Source of the DNA: Candidatus Omnitrophota bacterium
GTDB lineage: Bacteria > Omnitrophota > Gorgyraeia > Gygaellales > Profunditerraquicolaceae
Assembly: GCA_003598135.1 (NCBI GenBank)
Contig: QZKA01000027.1
Span: forward strand, 84,788 to 148,787
Reading direction: 5' to 3'
Length of the DNA: 64,000 nt
The translations under genes were made by a program, and so were the position numbers. Below the pieces are notes generated by a model. That model was not told the DNA's origin. It did no database searches and saw only the letters and a program-made list of their open reading frames with translations. Each line of letters starts with the position of its first letter. The stretch's first letter is position 1. Below are positions 10,229-19,902 of the stretch, piece by piece.

Positions 10229-11765
10229 GCACTACGCGGTTATACTTCTTCTATTGCTTATAGTTTCAGGCTCTGTGTTGAGATTCTATAAGCTCGGCTC
10301 ACCTACTTTAGACACGGATGAAATTTCAAGTGTGCTTTTGTCAAGAAGAGATATGAGTAAGATAGTATATCGTAGTTGGCATCCTGGTTCTGTGGATGAT
10401 CTCGCTAAAGTTGAAGAGCCGCCGTTTCCTTATTTATTGATGCACGCATCTTTAAAAATCAATGATTCTGATACTATGGCGAGGTTGCCATCCGCAATTC
10501 TTGGGATTGCAGGTATCTTAGTGATTTTTGTTTTAGCTAAACAATGGTTTAACAAAACAACTGCACTATGGTCTAGCTTCCTGTTAACCTTTTCGCTTTA
10601 TCATATTTTTTATTCTCAACTCGCAAGAGGATATGCAGGATTCCTTCTTTTTGTAATGCTCTCTTTTTATTTTCTTCTGCGATACACTCATCATCAAAAT
10701 CGCGTTAATCTTATGGGGCTCATTCTTTCCAACGCAGGTGGGATTTATTTCCATTATGCGATGCTGCATGTGATTATTATTGAATCGGTAATGTTTTTCG
10801 TTCTTCCTTTCTTTGCTGTTAACTCACACAGAAGACCGAAACCTTTATTGAAATCATTTCTCATGATGTGCGGAGTGTTTTTTGTATTGAGCCTCCCCAT
10901 TTTTCCTTCGATCGTTTCTACGGTCCGGGGCCGTCTTGGAGGGGATACACTCGCTTTTGAATTCAACCCTGCTTATTTAAAAAACGTATTGTGCAGATAC
11001 GGGGCAGGAAACGGAATTGCTTTTTATGTCTATATTTTTTTCGCAGTCGCAGGAATTTTTATGGGTCTAAAGAATATGGATAAAAGAAAAAGTATTTTGG
11101 CCCTTTTATTCTGGTTATGCATCCCGTTTTTGTTAATTGCTGTTACGGGTTATAGGTATGATTTCCACATCCGCTATTTTATCTACGCATTCCCAGCTTA
11201 TATTTTGTTTGTAGGAAACGGAATTTCTTCTGTTGGGGGGGTAGTCGCCAGAAAATTGTCCGATGGTAAGGGCAAAGTATTTTTTTCGGTTATTACAATA
11301 TTCCTTTTTTTAAGCTTGAGCATCGTTCCATTAAGGTTGTATTATAGTATGCCGGCAAAAATGACAGACTGGAAGGCCATTGCCCGTTATATCGCAAGAA
11401 ACTATTCCCCGGATAAAAGGGTGTATATTGAGAGTTCATTTTGTGTTTATGAGCTCGGGTATTATCTAGATAAAATTGCTCCCGGAGTAAAGCTGTATAC
11501 GGTTGACGGAGACAAGGCAAAATTTATGCAGGTATGTTCCGAGAAAAAAGATAGCATTTGGTATGTAGACAATAGCCCCGTGTTTGACTCCTTAGTGTTT
11601 CGATATTTTGATACGCGGGTAGAATTCGTTTCGACTGTTTTTTATGAGCTGGGGAAAAGGGAATTAATCGATTGGGACAAAAGCTGGTTTAGCCAGGCAA
11701 ATATCAGGCGCTATTTCCCTTGCATTTACCTGAATTCCGCAGAAAAAGGAAAGGGCCGGCTATGA
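10203..11765 (+). CDS. GT39/PMT-like GT-C glycosyltransferase
   Basis: LRFYKLG...DTDE, EPPF, ARLPSAILG, YSQLARGY motifs; many TM segments. Confidence 0.8.
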   Translation: MKNSLNLNKHYAVILLLLLIVSGSVLRFYKLGSPTLDTDEISSVLLSRRDMSKIVYRSWHPGSVDDLAKVEEPPFPYLLMHASLKINDSDTMARLPSAILGIAGILVIFVLAKQWFNKTTALWSSFLLTFSLYHIFYSQLARGYAGFLLFVMLSFYFLLRYTHHQNRVNLMGLILSNAGGIYFHYAMLHVIIIESVMFFVLPFFAVNSHRRPKPLLKSFLMMCGVFFVLSLPIFPSIVSTVRGRLGGDTLAFEFNPAYLKNVLCRYGAGNGIAFYVYIFFAVAGIFMGLKNMDKRKSILALLFWLCIPFLLIAVTGYRYDFHIRYFIYAFPAYILFVGNGISSVGGVVARKLSDGKGKVFFSVITIFLFLSLSIVPLRLYYSMPAKMTDWKAIARYIARNYSPDKRVYIESSFCVYELGYYLDKIAPGVKLYTVDGDKAKFMQVCSEKKDSIWYVDNSPVFDSLVFRYFDTRVEFVSTVFYELGKRELIDWDKSWFSQANIRRYFPCIYLNSAEKGKGRL

Positions 11766-12751
11766 GGATGACTATATGGTTCATCGTGAAAGCCGCAATA
11801 ATCTTTTCTGTGTTTTTTTATCTTGCGGGCCAGTCCGTTTTCGATGTTAAGGAATACGAATTTTTTGAGAAAAGGCAGATGATTGAGTTGAATGAGTCCG
11901 AGGTAAGCGTGGAGCATGATCTTCGAAAGGACGATTATTTTGTAAAGGTCAAATACGTAAAGCCGCTTTTACTAAAAAACATCGCTGTAAATGGAAAATC
12001 CGACGGCTTGGTTGGGTTGGAGAAGAAGGGAAAAGACGTTATCAATAACGAGGCGTTCTATGTCCCTAAGGGCCTTATCCGGGAGGGTAAGAATATTTTG
12101 ACTTTTTCATTTAGCGAGAAATCAGACTTTAAGGCCGACCTGTTTCTGTCGAATTACCGTAAGAAGATAGGCTCAGGTATCTATGTAGTGTTTAACGAAG
12201 ACAGGAAACCAATACAAGAATCCGAACGGGAAAACAGTTTTGTCTTTATCATAGCGTACTTCTTCGGGCTTTCTGTATTTGCCTGGCTGGTTTGGAAAAA
12301 TTTTTTTGCTGCTGCGCACCGGCCGATTATGAAACAGTTTACATCTTTATCTATACCTTTTTTTATGATGCTCTTTTTGTGGGTTAATAACATTTTTAAT
12401 TTCTACCGTATTTACTTTACCCAAGGCTGTTTCTTTGCGTTTGCATTTTTTACTGCCGCCGGCTGGTCGGTTTTTATAAATTTTGAAAAATTAAAGTATG
12501 TTTTTTCATTTCCGCGTCAGCGACAATATTCTTTTAAAATAGAGTTGCCTGCGCGCGTGCGCTTTTTCCGGGTTAGTATCGAGCATATTTTTTTCCTCCT
12601 GTTTTTCCTTGTTTTGTTTTTTTCTTCCATTTTTATCATTCTTGGAATGAAAGAAATTGCGGAAGAGTTCGCTAAACTTACAACTATTTTTTTGGCAACT
12701 GGCATTTGTATAAAAACGGCAATGTTTTTTAAATCCGAAGAGCCTCAATGA
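11762..12751 (+). CDS. Hypothetical membrane protein (N-terminal TM, soluble beta domain, C-terminal TM segments)
   Basis: ORF coupled by ATGA overlaps at both ends; hydrophobic segments. Confidence 0.6.
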   Translation: MRMTIWFIVKAAIIFSVFFYLAGQSVFDVKEYEFFEKRQMIELNESEVSVEHDLRKDDYFVKVKYVKPLLLKNIAVNGKSDGLVGLEKKGKDVINNEAFYVPKGLIREGKNILTFSFSEKSDFKADLFLSNYRKKIGSGIYVVFNEDRKPIQESERENSFVFIIAYFFGLSVFAWLVWKNFFAAAHRPIMKQFTSLSIPFFMMLFLWVNNIFNFYRIYFTQGCFFAFAFFTAAGWSVFINFEKLKYVFSFPRQRQYSFKIELPARVRFFRVSIEHIFFLLFFLVLFFSSIFIILGMKEIAEEFAKLTTIFLATGICIKTAMFFKSEEPQ

Positions 12752-14532
12752 AGAAAATTCTGATAGTCGTTTTGATTTTTACTGGTTTAACGGCAGTAAT
12801 GACGTTTCCTCTTATTAAGGGCCTCACATCGTCTTTCCCCGGGTTCCATAGTACCGATGAACCGTATGGCGTGTTGTGGTATTCCTGGTGGCTTAAGTAT
12901 TCTTCGCTCCACGGCCTTGCTTCTTACGCGTGCCCGGTTATTGCTGCGCCATTCGGTGTGGTTCTTAGCCAGGCTCCTCAGTATCCCTTAAACGATTTTA
13001 TTACCCGTTTGTCCACTATTGCCTTTGGGGCGGTAACGACCTATAATTTAGCGATTCTGTTTAGTTTTGTCCTGGCAGGCTTGTGTGCATACTTCCTTGT
13101 ATATCACATAACCAACGATTTCTTTGCTTCTGTGTACTCAGGGGTCATCTACTCTTTTTTGCCGTATCACTTCGCAAGGGCTTGGCAACACCCGAGCCTT
13201 GCCCAAATCCAATATTTCCCCTTGTTGCTGTTATCGTTATTCCTGCTTAAAGAAAAAAGCAACAGGGCAAGTGTAGCGCTTCTGGTGCTAAGCCTTGCGC
13301 TCAGCGCGCTGTCTAGTTATTATTACCTTTATTTCTCGTTGATTATTATCGGAGTTTATGCTATGTTCATTGTTATAATTGAGAAAAGAAATTCGCTTCA
13401 TACATTAAAACTATTATTGATTTGTTTGGTGCTGGCCTGCATTCTGCTTATGCCTTTATTATACCCGATTTTAAAGACGAGCCTTTCTCCGCATAAAACC
13501 GCCTCGATGGTCGCAGGGGGTTATATCAGGCCCTTTGAAGACCTGTTTGCCCAATCTGCCAGGCCCTTAAGTTATCTCTTGCCTGCAAGCGTCCACCCGT
13601 TATTCGGCCGTTTTACCGAGCGGTTTGTTGGTTCTCCGTTGTACGGCATGAGTTTTACCGAGCATACTTTGTATCTGGGGCTGACTCCGTTTTTTATGGC
13701 CTTTATTGCGTTCCGGCAATGGCGAAGAAGGCGCAAGGGGCCCGTAGAAAACCGTGCCTCTGCGTATATCGGTTTTTTTGCGTTACTTGCGTTAATGGCC
13801 TGGCTTTTTTCCCAGCCACCCTGGTGGAAGATAGGCGGGTTAAAGCTCTACATGCCCTCAGTTTTTATGTATCGGGTACTTCCTATGTTCAGGGCGTATT
13901 GCAGGTTCGGTATTGTAGTAATGCTGGCAATAGCGGTCCTTGCGGGGATCGGCCTTGCGCTCATCAGGGCAAAATGCAGGTCATCGCGCATCAAGGCCTT
14001 CATCGTAGTAGTTGCCTGTGCTGCGGTGCTTTTTGAATTCTGGAATTACCCGCCCCTTAAAACCATCAATGTATCAAGCGTACCCGCCGCATATCTGTGG
14101 CTCAAAAAACAGCCCGGGGATTTTATCATTGCGGAATATCCGCTTGATACGGAATCACCCAATGAGTTGTATAAATTCCATCAGACGGTGCATGAGAAAA
14201 TGATTATTAACGGAACGATACCGAAGACCTTCGCACATAGGTTTGCTCAGTCTATCGCACAATTATCGAATATTCGTACTACAGCAACACTGTACAGAAT
14301 GGGCGTTAAATATGTGGTAATCCATCGAGAGGCTTATTTAAAAACCGGCCTCATTGAGCAGAAAGAAGAATTAGGAAGGATTCCTTCCAATCCCGCATTG
14401 AGGCTTGTTAAAAGCTTTCCCGGCCAAATGTGCCCGGATAAGGATATCCGCTGTATACTTGAGCCGGGAGTGATAGATATATACGAGGTAATGAAGGCTA
14501 ATACGTCTATGGGCAGGGAGAAAGCGCTATGA
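12748..14532 (+). CDS. YfhO-like GT-C membrane protein
   Basis: STDEP loop, AAPFG, YSFLPYHF, EHTLYLG, FRAYCRF, HEKMIING; many TM segments. Confidence 0.7.
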   Translation: MKKILIVVLIFTGLTAVMTFPLIKGLTSSFPGFHSTDEPYGVLWYSWWLKYSSLHGLASYACPVIAAPFGVVLSQAPQYPLNDFITRLSTIAFGAVTTYNLAILFSFVLAGLCAYFLVYHITNDFFASVYSGVIYSFLPYHFARAWQHPSLAQIQYFPLLLLSLFLLKEKSNRASVALLVLSLALSALSSYYYLYFSLIIIGVYAMFIVIIEKRNSLHTLKLLLICLVLACILLMPLLYPILKTSLSPHKTASMVAGGYIRPFEDLFAQSARPLSYLLPASVHPLFGRFTERFVGSPLYGMSFTEHTLYLGLTPFFMAFIAFRQWRRRRKGPVENRASAYIGFFALLALMAWLFSQPPWWKIGGLKLYMPSVFMYRVLPMFRAYCRFGIVVMLAIAVLAGIGLALIRAKCRSSRIKAFIVVVACAAVLFEFWNYPPLKTINVSSVPAAYLWLKKQPGDFIIAEYPLDTESPNELYKFHQTVHEKMIINGTIPKTFAHRFAQSIAQLSNIRTTATLYRMGVKYVVIHREAYLKTGLIEQKEELGRIPSNPALRLVKSFPGQMCPDKDIRCILEPGVIDIYEVMKANTSMGREKAL

Positions 14533-15221
14533 AAGTAGTTATTTTATGCGGCGGAAAAGGCACGAGAATGGGGAATGAGAAGCTGCCAAAACCGTTATTT
14601 CTCATAGGAGGAAAGCCTATATTATGGCATATCATGAATATGTACGACCATTACGGCCTTAATGATTTTATCCTCTGCCTTGGTTACGAAGGCCATAAGA
14701 TACGGGATTACTTTTCGGGTCACAAAAAATGGAAAATTGCTTTTGCGGATACCGGCATTGAAACAAATACCGGAGAAAGAATCAAGAAAATCGAACATCT
14801 TATACGCTCAGAAGTATTTTGCGCGACATACGGGGACGGTGTTAGTAATATTAATGTGCATGCATTGCTAAGGGCACATTCGGTTCACAACAAGATTGCC
14901 ACTATTTCCGTGGTAAAGCCGCACTCTCCTTTTGGAATTGTCGGGATTGATTCTCATACGCAGACAGTGACGCATTTTGAGGAAAAGCCGGTACTCGACC
15001 ACTGGATAAACGGGGGTTTTTTTGTATTTAACAGAGCGCTGTTCGGGTACCTTAAGAAAGGCGATGTGTTGGAAAGAGATACTTTTTTAAGGCTGCTGCG
15101 CAATAAGCAGATAGCAGCGTTTAAGCATGACGGATTCTGGAAATGTATGGATACGTATAAGGATAACCTGGAACTGAACGAATTATGGAAACGGAATGTT
15201 GCGCCATGGAGGGTATGGTAA
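14529..15221 (+). CDS. rfbF: Glucose-1-phosphate cytidylyltransferase
   Basis: MKVVILCGGKGTR, PKPL, DTG...TGERI, TYGDG, WINGGFF, GFWKCMDT, APWRVW. Confidence 0.93.
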   Translation: MKVVILCGGKGTRMGNEKLPKPLFLIGGKPILWHIMNMYDHYGLNDFILCLGYEGHKIRDYFSGHKKWKIAFADTGIETNTGERIKKIEHLIRSEVFCATYGDGVSNINVHALLRAHSVHNKIATISVVKPHSPFGIVGIDSHTQTVTHFEEKPVLDHWINGGFFVFNRALFGYLKKGDVLERDTFLRLLRNKQIAAFKHDGFWKCMDTYKDNLELNELWKRNVAPWRVW

Positions 15222-15224
15222 AAA

Positions 15225-16205
15225 ATGAAAAATATATGGAAAAGAAAAGTAATAGTTATTACGGGCGCAAACGGGTTTCTCGGCTCTCACCTTGTAAAGA
15301 GGGCGCTTGAGTATAACGCTAAGGTAGTGGTATTGATCAAAGAGGACATTCCGCTTTCATTATTCAATATTGAAAAGCTTTATCGAAAGGCGACGGTAAT
15401 CAGGGGAGATTTAAAAAACCGCAGGCTTATTGCTTCGCTTTTTGCGAAGAATAAGGTCAGCCTTTGCCTGCATATAGCTGCTCAGGCTATTGTCGGGATA
15501 GCAAATAAATCGCCGCTTGGGACCTTGAGGACCAATATTGAAGGGACCTGGAATATTCTTGAGGCGGCCAGGGTGTATGGCGTAGGTGCGATGATAGTGG
15601 CGTCAAGCGATAAGGCCTATGGTGAACACGAGAAGCTGCCGTATAAGGAAGATGCCTCGCTTCTTTCCTTGCATCCGTACGATGCATCGAAGGCCTGTGC
15701 GGATATACTAAGCCGGACTTACGCGCATACGTATGCGATGCCTATCGGGGTTAGCCGTTGCGCCAATATCTATGGTCCGGGGGATTTCAATTTTAGCCGT
15801 ATTATACCCGATACCATGAGGGCAGTTATTAATGACAAGAATCCGGTTATCCGCAGTGACGGCACCCCCCTAAGGGATTATGTGTTTATTGTGGATATCG
15901 TAGATGCGTATTACCGTTTAGCACAAATGCTTTACTTAAGGAAGATTGATTTCGGCGAGGCATTCAATTTTGGAACCGGAAGAGCGATACGCGTATTGGA
16001 TCTGGCGAACAAGATCATCAAGGTATCCGCAAAATCGCATCTGTCGCCTCGCATCTTAAGCAAGGGCAAGATTAAAGGAGAAATCGAAAAGCAATACCTT
16101 TCAAGCGGGAAAGCTAAAAAACTGTTGGGATGGAAAGCAAAATATAGCCTCGATCAGGGGGTCAAAGAGGCATATGCCTATTACAGGGATTTTTTCAAGA
16201 AATAA
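15225..16205 (+). CDS. rfbG: CDP-glucose 4,6-dehydratase-like SDR
   Basis: TGANGFLG, HIAAQAIV, ASSDKAYG, PYDASK, NIYGPGDFNFSRIIP; directly follows rfbF. Confidence 0.75.
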   Translation: MKNIWKRKVIVITGANGFLGSHLVKRALEYNAKVVVLIKEDIPLSLFNIEKLYRKATVIRGDLKNRRLIASLFAKNKVSLCLHIAAQAIVGIANKSPLGTLRTNIEGTWNILEAARVYGVGAMIVASSDKAYGEHEKLPYKEDASLLSLHPYDASKACADILSRTYAHTYAMPIGVSRCANIYGPGDFNFSRIIPDTMRAVINDKNPVIRSDGTPLRDYVFIVDIVDAYYRLAQMLYLRKIDFGEAFNFGTGRAIRVLDLANKIIKVSAKSHLSPRILSKGKIKGEIEKQYLSSGKAKKLLGWKAKYSLDQGVKEAYAYYRDFFKK

Positions 16206-16259
16206 CCGGACCGTGCATACCACTACATGCCTAAAGAAGCGCGTAAGGGAGGGGAGTTG

Positions 16260-17021
16260 ATGAGGAGAATAATTTTTGCAATCTTTGCTCTGGCGATCGC
16301 AATGTTTTTATTAAGCAGCAAAATGAACAATGACCCTGCCGCGATATTGTCGGCTTTGTCCAAAAAGAACGCATCCGGGTCAACAGAATTAAAATATAAG
16401 CTTTATTTACTGGGAGTTGTCCCGGCCGGAGAAGCGTTACTTACCGATAAGGGGGAGGTAGAATTTAATGGTAAAAAGGTATACCATCTTCACGCGGTGG
16501 CTGAGAGTTCGCGCATATTCTCGTTATTTTTTCACGGGAGGGCCCAGATGGATTCCTATATTGACCCTGCGACTATGCTGCCCGTTGCCTTTATGCAAAA
16601 AATAAGCCTTTCCGGAAAACCCGACACGGAGAAAGAAGTAACGTATGACCAGGTACATAACGTGATGACGAGCGCCGGGATTAAGAGGGAGATCCTGCCC
16701 CGTACCCACGATGCCCTTTCCCTGGTATTCAGCCTCAGGAGCGTCGATTTTAGTGCTACAGACACCATAGAGTTCAATGTAAACACGAATCAAAAGAATT
16801 ATATTTTAAGCGGAAATGCGCAAAAAAAAGAATTGCCGGTTAATCATGGGATTATTGAAGTTGTCCAGGCGAAAGTCCAGATCAAAAGGCGCGATGGCAA
16901 TCCATACCACCAGTCTTCGGTCGAAATGTTCGTATGGGAAGCAAACAAAAAAATCCCATTTTTAATAAAAATTTCTGCAAACGGCATCCCCATTACGGTG
17001 AAGTTGGTAGAAGCGCGTTAA
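16260..17021 (+). CDS. DUF3108-like exported protein
   Basis: GGAGG-type RBS, signal-like N-terminus, ELKYKL...G, beta-rich body, HDALS motif. Confidence 0.6.
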   Translation: MRRIIFAIFALAIAMFLLSSKMNNDPAAILSALSKKNASGSTELKYKLYLLGVVPAGEALLTDKGEVEFNGKKVYHLHAVAESSRIFSLFFHGRAQMDSYIDPATMLPVAFMQKISLSGKPDTEKEVTYDQVHNVMTSAGIKREILPRTHDALSLVFSLRSVDFSATDTIEFNVNTNQKNYILSGNAQKKELPVNHGIIEVVQAKVQIKRRDGNPYHQSSVEMFVWEANKKIPFLIKISANGIPITVKLVEAR

Positions 17022-17076
17022 TTCCTATCTCGGGTTAACAGGCGCGTAAAAAAAAGAAAGTAAGGGAATAGCTCCA

Positions 17077-19176
17077 ATGATGCTTCTGTTTTTAATGAAC
17101 GCCATGGTAGGGCTTAGCGCCTTTTTTTTGACATATAAGGTGCTTAAGCTCGGTAGTGCAGGCGATTCATTGATTGCGTTCATAGGCATATATCTTGCGC
17201 AGATTGTTTCTACGCAGTGTATGTTAGGATTGCTAGGCGAGCTGTATCTTAGCAATCTTATTTTCATTAACGCGTTAGTTTTATTGGTTGTTACCGCGTC
17301 TTGCCGCCGCAAAGGCTATTTTTTCAGCAGGCCAGGTTTTAAAAGCGCGGGCTCCGGGCTCTTAAAACATAAAGCTATATTGCTTGTTTTTTCCATACTA
17401 GTAGGATTTGGGTTAATCAAGATGGCAATCAATCTGGCGAATCCGCCTTTTGGTTGGGATAACTTGAATTACCATTTTACTTTTCCCGTGGAGTGGCTAA
17501 AAAACGGCAACCTCAATAACCCGATTACCGTATTTGATGAGCCCGGCCCCACGTATTATCCTCTTAATGGAAGTTTGTTTTTTTTATGGCTCATATTTCC
17601 ATTACGAAATGTCTTTATCGCTGACCTAGGCCAGATTCCTTTTTTTGTCCTTGCATTTTTGTCAGTCTACGCGCTCGCGCGTAAATTAAAACTGAAACAA
17701 CAATGGTCTTTTATAGCCGCCTGCCTGTTCAGCCTCATACCGAATTATTTTAAACAACTCGAAGTGGCTTACGTCGATGTAATGGTCGCAGCGTTGTTTT
17801 TAGCATCCCTCAATGCGCTTTTTATCTTGCGGGAAAACTTTTCCATCAAAGGGACTATACTATTGGCGATTCCGCTCGGCTTGCTCATCGGGACGAAAAC
17901 CATCGGGCTGCTTTATTCCTTGCTGTTAATTGTACCTTTTGTGTATATCCAGTTTGTAAACAGGAAAAATACGCCTTCTTTAATTGCGCACCTATTGACT
18001 GCTTTTGGCATCATTATGATTCTTGGTGGTTACAGCTACCTAAAGAATTTTGTCGATACAGGCAATCCTTTATACCCCTTAGAAGTGAAGGTGTTCGGAA
18101 AAACCATTTTTAAGGGCGTGATGGACTTTTACACTTTCCGCGCGCATACGTTGACTGCTGATTATAGCCTTGCCAAAATCCTCTTTCACGAGGGCTTAGG
18201 TTTGCAAGGAGCATTATTGGTCTTTCCCGCAACAATCCTCGCATTGCCTTTGGTATATGCAAAAAAACGCCATAGCTTTGGGCTTGCGCATTTCTACTTT
18301 TTAGTTTTACCGTTGTTGTTATTTTTTATTTTTCGTTTTCTGATACCCCTGGCTAACGTTCGTTACCTTTATGCCTTATTCGGTGTAGCGGTATTGAGTG
18401 CAGTATATATTTGTAAACTCTATGCGTTGCCTGAAAAAATTTTCTTTGCGTTAGCCGGATTATGCGCAATTTCATCGATCCCGGAACTTGCCAGCCGCAT
18501 GGAGCTCATTGCGGGGATAATGGCGACCGCTGTGGTATTTTTTAGTCTGCCTTTTTTGGTTGAACGCGTCTTTAATGTAAATTGGTTGAAACGGCCCCTG
18601 GTGATTTATACCTTATGCCTTTCGATATTCATACCGATGATGCTTTTGGAGAGGAATTATTCCGCTTACGAATTCCAGCGGTATGGGCGCATGGTTAAGT
18701 ATTCGGGTTTCTGGCCGGACGCTACAGAGGCCTGGTATTGGCTTAACGAGCATACCAGCGGTAATGCCATTGCGTATGTAGGCAGACCCGTCCCTTTTCC
18801 GCTATACGGAACGGGTTTTAAGAATACTGTCTATTATGTGTCAGTCAATGGAATCGAACCGGCAAAAGTGCATTACTATTCCGGGAGTTTCTATCGATGG
18901 AGTTATGATTTTTTGACGCTGCATAAAAATCTTGAAGAGCCGAACAATTATAGAGGGCATGCTGATTTTGCGACATGGTACAATAACCTTCGCAATAAAG
19001 ATATAGGATACCTATTTGTATATTCACTGCATCAGACAAAAGAGACGGTTTTTCCTATAGAAGAACAGTGGGCAAAGACGCACCCCGAGAGCTTCATTCT
19101 CGTTTTTAGAAACAGCACAATACGGATTTATCAGCTGAATTGGGCTGGCGGAATAAAATTATTGAGTACGCAGTAA
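17077..19176 (+). CDS. GT-C fold polytopic glycosyltransferase
   Basis: GWDNLNYHF, YYPLNG, YVD, GTK and TGNPLYP motifs; more than 12 TM segments. Confidence 0.7.
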   Translation: MMLLFLMNAMVGLSAFFLTYKVLKLGSAGDSLIAFIGIYLAQIVSTQCMLGLLGELYLSNLIFINALVLLVVTASCRRKGYFFSRPGFKSAGSGLLKHKAILLVFSILVGFGLIKMAINLANPPFGWDNLNYHFTFPVEWLKNGNLNNPITVFDEPGPTYYPLNGSLFFLWLIFPLRNVFIADLGQIPFFVLAFLSVYALARKLKLKQQWSFIAACLFSLIPNYFKQLEVAYVDVMVAALFLASLNALFILRENFSIKGTILLAIPLGLLIGTKTIGLLYSLLLIVPFVYIQFVNRKNTPSLIAHLLTAFGIIMILGGYSYLKNFVDTGNPLYPLEVKVFGKTIFKGVMDFYTFRAHTLTADYSLAKILFHEGLGLQGALLVFPATILALPLVYAKKRHSFGLAHFYFLVLPLLLFFIFRFLIPLANVRYLYALFGVAVLSAVYICKLYALPEKIFFALAGLCAISSIPELASRMELIAGIMATAVVFFSLPFLVERVFNVNWLKRPLVIYTLCLSIFIPMMLLERNYSAYEFQRYGRMVKYSGFWPDATEAWYWLNEHTSGNAIAYVGRPVPFPLYGTGFKNTVYYVSVNGIEPAKVHYYSGSFYRWSYDFLTLHKNLEEPNNYRGHADFATWYNNLRNKDIGYLFVYSLHQTKETVFPIEEQWAKTHPESFILVFRNSTIRIYQLNWAGGIKLLSTQ

Positions 19177-19203
19177 TTCTTTTGAAAGAGAGGGCAGGAG
19201 ACG

Positions 19204-19902
19204 ATGCCGAATACCTTATTGTCGGTCGTGGTCCCCGTATATAACGAATCCGGGACAATCGAAAAAATTATTGAAAAAATCAACGCAGTCGATATTGATA
19301 AAGAAATAATCGTGATAGATAATTGCTCAAATGACGGTACGCAAGATGTGCTTCAGCGTATCCTAAGGGCAGGCATATTTAGCAATATCAGGGTTATTTA
19401 TCATTCTTGCAATAAGGGCAAAGGAACTTCCGTGAGGGAGGGGATACAAGAGTCGAAAGGGGAAATAGTTGTTATACAAGACGCCGATTTTGAATATAGC
19501 CCTCAGGAATACCATCTCTTGATTGCCCCAATACTTGCGCGCAGGGCTGATTTAGTCCTGGGTGCCCGTTTTATGAAAGGATATACCGGTATTGTCGCCC
19601 ACCGGCTCGGGAATAAGCTTTTAACCGGGTTCTTAAACCTTCTATTCGGCAGTTCCCTCAATGATTATGCGACCTGTTATAAGATGGCACGCAGGCAGGT
19701 TCTTCTTGATCTTGATTTACGTTCATCAAGCTTTGAAATTGAAGCGGAGATTATCTGCAAAGCCCTTAAAAAGAGGCTTCGCATCGAAGAGGTGGCGGTT
19801 TCTTACTTTCCCCGCAGCTACGCGGAAGGAAAAAAGATACGATGGAATGACGGGATTGCGGCATTTTATAGTATTCTCAAGTACCGGTTTACGAAGGGGT
19901 AA
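19204..19902 (+). CDS. GT2 polyprenol-phosphate glycosyltransferase (DPM1-like)
   Basis: SVVVPVYNE, DNCSNDGT, NKGKG, QDADFEY, GKKIRW. Confidence 0.9.
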   Translation: MPNTLLSVVVPVYNESGTIEKIIEKINAVDIDKEIIVIDNCSNDGTQDVLQRILRAGIFSNIRVIYHSCNKGKGTSVREGIQESKGEIVVIQDADFEYSPQEYHLLIAPILARRADLVLGARFMKGYTGIVAHRLGNKLLTGFLNLLFGSSLNDYATCYKMARRQVLLDLDLRSSSFEIEAEIICKALKKRLRIEEVAVSYFPRSYAEGKKIRWNDGIAAFYSILKYRFTKG

